Shown: positions 45,997 through 55,907 of the stretch, one piece after another
Numbering within the stretch: the stretch's first letter is position 1
Layout: each line of letters starts with the position of its first letter
DNA from: an uncultured Chloroflexia bacterium
GTDB taxonomy: Bacteria > Chloroflexota > Chloroflexia > Thermomicrobiales > UBA6265
NCBI GenBank assembly: GCA_963741965.1
Contig: CAVUKC010000002.1
Span: 440,488-504,487, forward strand
Direction: 5' to 3'
DNA length: 64,000 nt
Notes under the pieces: generated by a model
Databases searched by the model: none
What the model was told of the DNA's origin: nothing
What the model saw: only the letters and a program-made list of their open reading frames with translations
Translations under genes and position numbers: made by a program

Positions 45997-47073
45997 ATGA
46001 AGTATCTGTATGTCCTGCTGGTTCTGGTTCCCATCGGCATCTACATGGAGGTCGCCGGTGTCGGCGGAGACACCGCGCTGTTTGTGGTGTCGGCACTGGC
46101 ACTGGTGCCGCTGGCGGCCCTGCTCGGTAGCGCGACGGAATCCGTGGCGACCTACACCGGGCCGAAGATCGGCGGTTTGCTGAACGCGACCCTCGGCAAT
46201 GCCGCTGAGCTGATCATCACCATCGTCGCACTCCGGGAGGGCCTCTTCGGGGTGGTCAAGGCGAGCATCAGCGGCTCGATCATCGGGAACATCCTGCTGG
46301 TGCTCGGTGCCGCCGTGCTGTTCGGGGGCATCAAGAACGGCACCCAGAAGTTCGACGCCGGCACCGCCGGGGTCAACGCGTCGATCATGGCGCTCGCGGT
46401 CATGGCGATGATGATCCCGGCGATCTTCGCGATCGGCAATTCGGAGCACCACCCGAGCGAGGCCAACATCGTCGACCTCAGCGACGGCACGGCGATCGTG
46501 CTGATCGTGCTCTATGGGCTTTATCTGCTGTACACGGTCTTTTCTTCCGACTCGGGCGGGAAGTCGTCGGTGACATCCCACGCCGAGGAACCAGATGAGG
46601 AAGAGGCGAGCATGAAGCTGCCGCTCGCGCTCGGGATACTGGCGGGATCGACGATCGCGATCGTCGTGATGAGCGAGGTGCTCGTCGGTGTGATCGAGCC
46701 GACCGCCGAGGCGTGGGGACTCTCCGAGCTCTTCGTCGGCGTCATGCTCGTGCCGCTCGTCGGCAACGTGGCGGAGCACCTCGTCGCGGTGCAGATGGCG
46801 GCGAAGAACAAGATGGATCTCTCGCTCGGGATCGCGGTCGGGTCGGCGGTGCAGATCGCGCTGTTCGTCGCACCGGTGCTGGTACTGGTCAGCCAGTTCG
46901 TCGGGCCGGAGCCGATCACGCTGGTGTTCAATCAGTTCGAGCTCGTGGCGCTGTTCGCCTCGGTGATCATCACGGTAATGATCTCGATCGACGGCCGCTC
47001 GAACTGGCTCGAAGGTGTGCAGCTGATCTCGCTGTACACGATTATCGGTTTGGCGTTCTATTTCATCCCGTAG
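45997..47073 (+). CDS. cax: Ca2+/H+ antiporter (CAX/ChaA-like)
   Basis: Alpha-repeat motifs GNAAE and GNVAEH; many TM segments. Confidence 0.92.
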   Translation: MKYLYVLLVLVPIGIYMEVAGVGGDTALFVVSALALVPLAALLGSATESVATYTGPKIGGLLNATLGNAAELIITIVALREGLFGVVKASISGSIIGNILLVLGAAVLFGGIKNGTQKFDAGTAGVNASIMALAVMAMMIPAIFAIGNSEHHPSEANIVDLSDGTAIVLIVLYGLYLLYTVFSSDSGGKSSVTSHAEEPDEEEASMKLPLALGILAGSTIAIVVMSEVLVGVIEPTAEAWGLSELFVGVMLVPLVGNVAEHLVAVQMAAKNKMDLSLGIAVGSAVQIALFVAPVLVLVSQFVGPEPITLVFNQFELVALFASVIITVMISIDGRSNWLEGVQLISLYTIIGLAFYFIP

Positions 47074-47113
47074 CGGCTGGTGCTGCGGGAGGTCGAAGGG
47101 AAAAGGGGAATCG

Positions 47114-47716
47114 GTGGTGCACAACGACCTCATGCGTCAGCTCGAGGAGATCGGCGCGCTCAAGACCGGACACTTCCTGCTCGCGTCCGGGCGGCATAGC
47201 GATGTCTATCTGGAAAAGTTCGATCTCCTGCGGAACCCCAAGGCAACGGAGACCGTCTGCACCGGCTTCGTCGAGGCGTTTGCGGAGGCGGCCATCGACG
47301 TCGTTGTCGGCCCCACCACCGGCGGCATCCTGCTGGCGTTCGAGACCGCGAGGCAAATGGGGCTGCCGGCCGCGTACGCTGAGCGCGCCTCGGAAGGCAG
47401 TGACGAGCGCGTGTTCAAGCGCGGTACCACGTTCGAGCCGGGCAGCCGCGTGCTGCTGGTCGACGACATCCTCACCACCGGTGGCTCGGTGCGGGAGACG
47501 CTGGCGGCGCTCAAGGCGCACCCGGTCGAGGTCGTTGGCATCGGTGTGCTGGTGGATCGGAGCGGGGGAGAGGTGACCTTCGGAGATGTGCCGATGACGG
47601 CACTGGCGCAGCAAAAGGTCGACGCCTGGCTGCCCGCCGACTGTCCGCTGTGCAAGCAGGGTGAGCCGCTGGTCAAGCCAGGATCGACCGCGGTGAAGAG
47701 CGCGCCGACGGCCTGA
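47114..47716 (+). CDS. pyrE: Orotate phosphoribosyltransferase
   Basis: GHFLLASGRHS, VLLVDDILTTGGS. Confidence 0.95.
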   Translation: MVHNDLMRQLEEIGALKTGHFLLASGRHSDVYLEKFDLLRNPKATETVCTGFVEAFAEAAIDVVVGPTTGGILLAFETARQMGLPAAYAERASEGSDERVFKRGTTFEPGSRVLLVDDILTTGGSVRETLAALKAHPVEVVGIGVLVDRSGGEVTFGDVPMTALAQQKVDAWLPADCPLCKQGEPLVKPGSTAVKSAPTA

Positions 47717-47727
47717 GCCGCCGGAGG

Positions 47728-47952
47728 CTACTCGGAAAGGTCGTCCTCGGCACTATCGGCGATATGCCCGTGGAGCTCGGTTCGCAGCCGGAGAAGGTCG
47801 TCCAGGCGCTGCTCGATCTGCTGCAGGGTGTCGACGCGAGGACGCTCGACGTACTCGTCTCGCAGCTCGACGAGCATCTGGGCCACCCGGGCGATGGTGC
47901 GCACGGTCTGGACAGGGTCGTTTTCCCGTGACGTTACGCTGAAGCCGGTCAT
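47728..47952 (-). CDS. Small helical hypothetical protein (74 aa)
   Basis: GGAGAGAG RBS before MTGFSV; genome-like codon usage; amphipathic Leu periodicity. Confidence 0.65.
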   Translation of the reverse strand: MTGFSVTSRENDPVQTVRTIARVAQMLVELRDEYVERPRVDTLQQIEQRLDDLLRLRTELHGHIADSAEDDLSE

Positions 47953-48134
47953 CTCTCTCCATCCCGTGGTGTGCTCAGTTGTCGCGCCGGGCATGCTGCG
48001 GGGTGCTGCCGTCAGCATAGCACGTTCACTCTTGTCAGCGGACGTGATTGCGGGTCAGGAGATTGTCTCCTGACGGCGGCATCATGGAGACCCGGACACC
48101 GCAGTCCAGTTCTACCCATTTGCAGAAAGGCGTG

Positions 48135-50204
<2,070 letters not shown>

Positions 50205-50291
50205 TCACACTATACGCTATAACGACACAGCGTCCCTTAGGTGAACGTGAACGTACAACCGAGGGAGTCTATCATGCAACTCGCCGTCCCA

Positions 50292-50303
50292 GAACATGCG
50301 TTC
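50292..50303. promoter_or_regulatory. Putative LexA (Gram-positive-type SOS) box
   Basis: GAAC-ATGC-GTTC, 20 nt upstream of the DnaQ/UvrC-like gene. Confidence 0.6.
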
Positions 50304-50323
50304 AACCCGGATCCCGCCCTGCC

Positions 50324-52456
50324 ATGACGCTTGCCAGCTCGACCGACCATTCAGAGAACGCCGGACGATACGATTCGCTGAGCGAGTCCGCCGTCGAGTA
50401 CGTGACGAGCAAGGGCGGCAGCGTGCATGAAGACATGCTTGTGCTGCACGTCTTCGGCAAGAGCGCCTCGCCGGCGCTGTGGCGGTCGTTGCTGACATCG
50501 ACGCTCCAGGCCGAGCCGCGCCTGACCTACACCGCCGACGGCCGCTGGATTCTCACGGACGGCATGCCGGGCGTGCCGATGGCGACGGACATCCTGCTGC
50601 CGAAGTTCGTGGCGCTCGATGTCGAGACGACCGGCCTGAAGGCCTCGAGCCAGCGCATTATCGAGATCGCGCTGGTGCGGTTCGAGGATGGGGTCGAGAC
50701 CGCCCGTCTCGACCGACTCGTCAACCCCAACCGCCGCATTCCCGCCTACATCTCGAAACTGACCGGTCTCCGCGACGATGACGTGGAGGACGCCGCGACC
50801 TTCGCCGACCTGGCGGAGGAGGTCGTCGAGTTCATCGGTGAGGCTCCCCTGGTCGGCCATAACGTCGGTTTCGACATCGGCTTCGTCAACGCCGAGCTGC
50901 AGCGTGTGCGCCTCGGCAAGCTCATCAACGAGTCGATCGACACGCTGACCCTCTCGACGAAGCTGGTGCCAGGGCTGCGGCGACCGAGCCTGGACCGCGT
51001 TGCGAAGGCGGTGGGGCTCTCACCGCGGAAGATCCACCGCGCCGGTATCGACGCCGAGATGACCGCACAGGTGGCGCTCCGGCTGGAATCCGAGGCACGC
51101 CGGCAGGGCGTGACGTCGTACGACGCGCTGAAGACGCTCGCCACCTCACGGGAGCGACGCAAGCGCGACAAGGTGGGCAGGGGACGCGCGCTGGTCGACC
51201 GCAGCCTGCTCGCGGACATTCCGAAACTGCCTGGTGTCTACATCATGCGGGACGCCGACGGGCGTGTGATCTACGTCGGCAAGGCCAAGAACCTGCGGGA
51301 GCGCGTGGGCACCTATTTCTCGCAGCCAGGCGGCTACACCCGCAAGATGGAGGGGCTGCTGGAGTCGATCTCGCGCATCGACACGGAGGTCGTCGGCTCC
51401 GAGCTGGAGGCGCTGCTGTTGGAGGCACAACTCATCCGGCGATACGAGCCGCGCTACAACACGGCGATGCGCGCCTTCGAGCACTACCCCTACATTCGCG
51501 TCAACCTCAGCAACCGCTGGCCCCGCGTGACGCTGGTGAAGGACCGCAAGGACGACGGCGCGCGCTACTTCGGGCCATATCGGAGCCGCTCGGCGGCACG
51601 CAAGACCGTCGACGTGATCAACGACGTGCTGCCGCTACGGACGTGCACGCGCACCTTCAAGGACGCGCGCAGCTACGGCAACCCGTGCATGCGTCTCGCG
51701 CTGGGCAAATGCCTCGGACCGTGCGTCGACACCTCGATCGCCGGCGAGTACCGGGCGATGGTGCACCAGGTGATCCGCTTCCTCGACGGCGATGATGACG
51801 CGCTCTACGAGGTGTTGTGGGCGGCGCTGGAGCAGGCGGCCGAGCGGCAGGACTTCGAGCGCGCCGAGAAGCTGCGGCGCAACCTCACGGTCGTCAACGG
51901 CATCGTTGCCGGGCAGCGCGAGCTGCGGCAGGCGGTAGAGCGACACCACCTCGTGCTGGCGGTTCCCTCCGCGCGAGACGGCGAGCGCGAGCTCTGGCTG
52001 GTGCTGGAGGGTCGCATTTGGTCCCGCGTGTCGGTGGAGACTGGCGTCGAGGACGTGGTGCTCTCGGTGTCGTCGACTGGAGGTGACACGCCGCGGGCCG
52101 AGGACCGGGTGATCGAGATTCGCGAGGACGACGGACCCGGCTATGACGGGATCGAGCGGGACGAATCCGTGAACCGCCTCATCGCGTCGTACGAGCGCTA
52201 CATCGCCTCCGGCGTCCTGCCCGTAGCGCACGACTCCCTCGATGACACGCATATCCTCAACCGGTGGATCGCCGGACACACCGAGCACCCGGCTGTCACC
52301 GTGCTCGATCGGTCTCGCGTCGCCGACCCCGCTTACTGGCGGTCGGTGGTGGCGCGGGCGATTCAGGTGCCCGGTGACGAGCTGGTGCTCGAGGTGACGG
52401 GCAATGCGGCCCACGCAGGCATGGAATCCGGCGAATCCGCTGGCCAATCCGCGTAA
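50324..52456 (+). CDS. DEDDh exonuclease (DnaQ-like) fused to UvrC/Cho-like GIY-YIG and UVR domains
   Basis: DVETTG, HNVGFD, HRAGIDA; PGVY...YVGKAKNLRERV; Cys cluster; AAERQDFERA. Confidence 0.9.
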   Translation: MTLASSTDHSENAGRYDSLSESAVEYVTSKGGSVHEDMLVLHVFGKSASPALWRSLLTSTLQAEPRLTYTADGRWILTDGMPGVPMATDILLPKFVALDVETTGLKASSQRIIEIALVRFEDGVETARLDRLVNPNRRIPAYISKLTGLRDDDVEDAATFADLAEEVVEFIGEAPLVGHNVGFDIGFVNAELQRVRLGKLINESIDTLTLSTKLVPGLRRPSLDRVAKAVGLSPRKIHRAGIDAEMTAQVALRLESEARRQGVTSYDALKTLATSRERRKRDKVGRGRALVDRSLLADIPKLPGVYIMRDADGRVIYVGKAKNLRERVGTYFSQPGGYTRKMEGLLESISRIDTEVVGSELEALLLEAQLIRRYEPRYNTAMRAFEHYPYIRVNLSNRWPRVTLVKDRKDDGARYFGPYRSRSAARKTVDVINDVLPLRTCTRTFKDARSYGNPCMRLALGKCLGPCVDTSIAGEYRAMVHQVIRFLDGDDDALYEVLWAALEQAAERQDFERAEKLRRNLTVVNGIVAGQRELRQAVERHHLVLAVPSARDGERELWLVLEGRIWSRVSVETGVEDVVLSVSSTGGDTPRAEDRVIEIREDDGPGYDGIERDESVNRLIASYERYIASGVLPVAHDSLDDTHILNRWIAGHTEHPAVTVLDRSRVADPAYWRSVVARAIQVPGDELVLEVTGNAAHAGMESGESAGQSA

Positions 52457-52475
52457 CTTCGCCACAGTTCACACG

Positions 52476-52504
52476 TTGACGCTCCCCGTGCCGTATGCCA
52501 CCAT
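52476..52504 (+). promoter_or_regulatory. Putative promoter of the ABC operon
   Basis: TTGACG-N17-CACCAT with TG extended -10. Confidence 0.45.
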
Positions 52505-52588
52505 CCCTTGTCAGAGCCTCTACAAATGACGTCGGGCGGTGCTGCGTCACCGCGCGGGCGACATCCGCAGTGGAAAGGGATATAAGAC

Positions 52589-53908
52589 ATGGCCATGCAT
52601 CGTCGAACTCTCATCAAGCGGACCGGTGCGGTCGCGGGCGCGGCGGCGTTCGGACCGGCGATTCTCGGCAGCCGTCCGGTCGCTGCCCAGGACGACACCA
52701 CGCTCCAGTTCTGGGACACCTACAACAGCGATCCCCGCAAGACGATCTTCGAGGACCTCGGCAAGCAGTTCGAGGGCGAGAACGAGGGCGTGACGGTCGA
52801 GCACCGCGGCTGGACGCTCGAGGAGCTGCAGGACACACTGCCGCGCGTCGTCGACAGCGATCAGGGCCCGGACGTCGCACAGATCAACAACGGCGAGTCG
52901 CTGATGGGGCCGATGATCCGCGCTGGCCAGCTCGTTGACATCTCCTCCTACGTCGAGGAGTACGGCTGGGCCGAGGGACTGCCGGAAGGACTCCTGAAGC
53001 GCAACATGTACAGCGCGGACGGCACGGAGTTCGGAACCGGCCAGCTCTGGGGCGTCTCCGCCGAGGCCGAGATCGTCGGCATCTACTACAACCGCTCCAT
53101 CCTCTCGGACGCCGGCGTCGAGGTGCCGACCACGCTTGCCGGCCTCGAGGAGACGTTCCAGGCGCTGAAGGATGCCGGGCAGACGCCGCTCGCTTTCGGC
53201 AACACGGACAAGTGGTCGGCGATCCACCTCTTCGGTGAGATCCACGCCACGATGACCACGCGCGAGTACCTCGACGGTCTCATCTACCGGACCGGTGAGC
53301 AGTCCTTCGAGGACCAGTCGATCATCGACGCGGCAGCCAGGCTGCAGGACTGGGTGAGCAAGGGCTTCCTGCTGGATGGCTTCGAGGGCATCAGCTCGGA
53401 TGACGCCGCTGCCCTCTTCCAGTCCGGTGCTGCCGCCATGCTGGTGCAGGGCTCCTGGCAGGCTGGCAGTGTCGGCGAGGACCTTGGCGAGGATGCTGCC
53501 GGCTTCTTCCTGATCCCGCCGCAGGAGGAGGGCGGCACCGTCCTCAACGTCGGTGGTGTCGGCATTCCGTACGGCATCACCACCAACGCGGAGGACCCGG
53601 ATCTGGCGGCGAACCTCGTCAACACCCTGGTCTCCGAAGACGCCTACGCCGCGCTCATCGATGCCGGCCTGCTGCCGTCGGCGGAGATCCCCGAGGATGT
53701 GATCACGCCGGACACCGTCTCTGGTGATCTCTACACCGCGTGGAACGAGGCGTTGGCGAACGATGGGCTCGGTCACTACCTCGACTGGGCTGCGCCGGGG
53801 TTCTACGACGTGCTCACCGGCGAGCTGCAGAAGCTGCTCGGCAACCAGGTCACGCCGGATGAGTTCGCGAAGAACCTCCAGGACTTCTACGCCAAGTCGT
53901 TCGAGTAG
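52589..53908 (+). CDS. Sugar ABC transporter substrate-binding protein with Tat signal
   Basis: HRRTLIK signal, GPDV, IYYN, AAMLVQGSW (SBP family 1). Confidence 0.9.
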   Translation: MAMHRRTLIKRTGAVAGAAAFGPAILGSRPVAAQDDTTLQFWDTYNSDPRKTIFEDLGKQFEGENEGVTVEHRGWTLEELQDTLPRVVDSDQGPDVAQINNGESLMGPMIRAGQLVDISSYVEEYGWAEGLPEGLLKRNMYSADGTEFGTGQLWGVSAEAEIVGIYYNRSILSDAGVEVPTTLAGLEETFQALKDAGQTPLAFGNTDKWSAIHLFGEIHATMTTREYLDGLIYRTGEQSFEDQSIIDAAARLQDWVSKGFLLDGFEGISSDDAAALFQSGAAAMLVQGSWQAGSVGEDLGEDAAGFFLIPPQEEGGTVLNVGGVGIPYGITTNAEDPDLAANLVNTLVSEDAYAALIDAGLLPSAEIPEDVITPDTVSGDLYTAWNEALANDGLGHYLDWAAPGFYDVLTGELQKLLGNQVTPDEFAKNLQDFYAKSFE

Positions 53909-53931
53909 GCCGCGCAATAGACTGGAATGCT

Positions 53932-53972
53932 GGCGATCGGGGAGGGCAGGGCGCCCTCCCCGATCGCCGTTT
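53932..53972 (+). terminator. 16-bp hairpin after the SBP gene (terminator or mRNA stabiliser)
   Basis: GGCGATCGGGGAGGGC-N5-GCCCTCCCCGATCGCC-GTTT. Confidence 0.65.
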
Positions 53973-54047
53973 CGACGACGGGGCGTGGGCAATCGTCGTA
54001 TCATGCGAGCCATGCGGGCATCGGCCAGGGACATGGAGAGGACACGA

Positions 54048-54987
54048 GTGGACCAGGCGACGGAGACCAGCTCCATACAGCAGCGCACGGTGATCCAGCC
54101 TGCCGGGGCGCGCCGGTCGCTGGTTGAGCGCGCCGAGCCGTTCCTCTACCTGCTGCCCGCCGTGCTCGTCTTCACCGCCTTCATGGCGCTGCCCGGTCGC
54201 CGGCTCGGTCGTCATCAGCCTGACCGACTGGAACGGCGTCGCCCTCGACGCGATGTCGTTCACCGGCTTCGACAACTACGTCGAGGCGTTCACTACGAAC
54301 ACGTTCTGGAGCGCGCTGTGGCACAACATCGTGCTCATCCCGTTCTTCGTCCTCCTGCCGGCGCTTCTCGGGCTCGTCCCCGCCGTGCTGGTCCACCAGC
54401 TCAACCTGCGGGGCGCGAAGTTTTTCCAGGCGGGGCTCTTCCTGCCATACATCATGCCCGGCGTGCTGATTGGCGTCGTCTGGCGCTGGATCCTCAACCC
54501 GGTGTTCGGCCCGGTGAACTCGACGCTCAAGAACCTCGGGTTCGACCCGCCGAGCTGGCTGGGTGACTTCACCTGGGCGTTGCCAACGGTCGGCATGATC
54601 GGCGCCTGGGCGGCGTACGGGTTCTGTTACGTACTCTTCGTCGCCGGTATCCAGAAGATCCCGAAGGAGCTGTACGAGGCGGCGAAGCTCGACGGCGCCG
54701 GCTTCTGGAACGAGGTGACGGCCGTCACGCTGCCGGGGCTCCGGCGCGAGATGGGCGTGGTGATCTCGGTGAACCTCATCCTCGCGCTGCGGGCGTTCGA
54801 CGTGATCAAGGCAACGACGGACGGTGGCCCGGGGAGCGAGACCCAGGTGCTGGCCATCTACATGATCAACTCGGCGTTCGGCTCGAATCAGGTTGGATAC
54901 GGCACCGCGGTGGCGGTGCTCCTCGCGATCATGACGCTCGTGCTCTCGGTGATCGTGCTCCGCCTGTTCAGGGAAAACGATGCTTAA
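54048..54987 (+). pseudogene. Sugar ABC permease, frameshifted near 54193 (likely indel artefact)
   Basis: PFLYLLPAVLVF in one frame; SLTDWNG...ELYEAAKLDGA in the +1 frame; junction in CCC/GG run. Confidence 0.85.
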
Positions 54988-55795
54988 GCGGCTGCCCGTC
55001 TATATCTTCCTGACGCTCGGCGTCGTGGTCGCGGTCGTGCCGTTCCTGATCACCATCCTCGCCTCGCTGAAGACGACGGTCGAGCTGGTGCAGGGCGTCT
55101 TTGCGCTGCCAGCGGAGCCGCAGTGGGACAACTACCGGCGCGCGTGGGTGGATGGCAACTTCGACCGCTTCTTCGTCAACAGCCTCATCGTCGTGTTCGG
55201 CGTGGTGATCCCCTCGATCGTCTTCTCGTGCATGTCGGGCTACGCCTTCGCGCGATATCGCTTCCGCGGCAAGACCACCATCTTCATCTACCTGCTGCTC
55301 GGGCTCGTGGTGCCGCTGCAGGCGCTGGTGATCCCGCTGTTTTACCTGATGCGAGAGGTCGGGCTGCTGGACAGCCTGTGGGCGCTGATCCTGCCGCAGA
55401 TCGCGATGAGCATGTCGTTCGGCACGCTGTTGATGCGGGAGGCGTTCTCCGGCGTGCCGCGGGAGATCGTCGAGGCGAGCGTGCTCGACGGCGCCAGCTC
55501 GTGGCGCATTCTCTGGGAGATCATGTTCCCGCTCGCGCGGCCGTTCGTCGGCACGCTCTCGCTCATGTTCTTCATCTGGACCTGGAACGAGTTCCTGCTG
55601 CCGCTGGTGGTGAACGTTGACCCGAAGTACCAGACGCTTCCGGTCGGCCTGCTGTTCTTCCAACAGCGCTGGACGTCGGACATCCCCGTGATCGCCGCCG
55701 GCGCAACGATCATCTTCATCCCGCTCACACTTGTCTTCCTGATTTTCCAGCGACAGATGATCGAAGGGCTGACCCAGGGCGCGATCAAGGGGTAG
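54980..55795 (+). CDS. Sugar ABC permease
   Basis: GYAFAR, EASVLDGA (EAA loop), WNEFL, GAIKG. Confidence 0.93.
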   Translation: MLKRLPVYIFLTLGVVVAVVPFLITILASLKTTVELVQGVFALPAEPQWDNYRRAWVDGNFDRFFVNSLIVVFGVVIPSIVFSCMSGYAFARYRFRGKTTIFIYLLLGLVVPLQALVIPLFYLMREVGLLDSLWALILPQIAMSMSFGTLLMREAFSGVPREIVEASVLDGASSWRILWEIMFPLARPFVGTLSLMFFIWTWNEFLLPLVVNVDPKYQTLPVGLLFFQQRWTSDIPVIAAGATIIFIPLTLVFLIFQRQMIEGLTQGAIKG

Positions 55796-55907
55796 GTTCC
55801 CGTTCGGAAGTCACTTCCCGTCTATTGCCACCATTGCTGCCGTGTGATTAGCTGTGCTCAGTAGTCCCGTTTGGAGGGGTGCGCAGCCTGATCGAAAGGA
55901 CATGCAC

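Noticed and set aside
50241-50256. GTGAACGTGAACGTAC as a second LexA box
   Set aside because: Half-site spacing does not fit GAAC-N4-GTTC; only a short tandem
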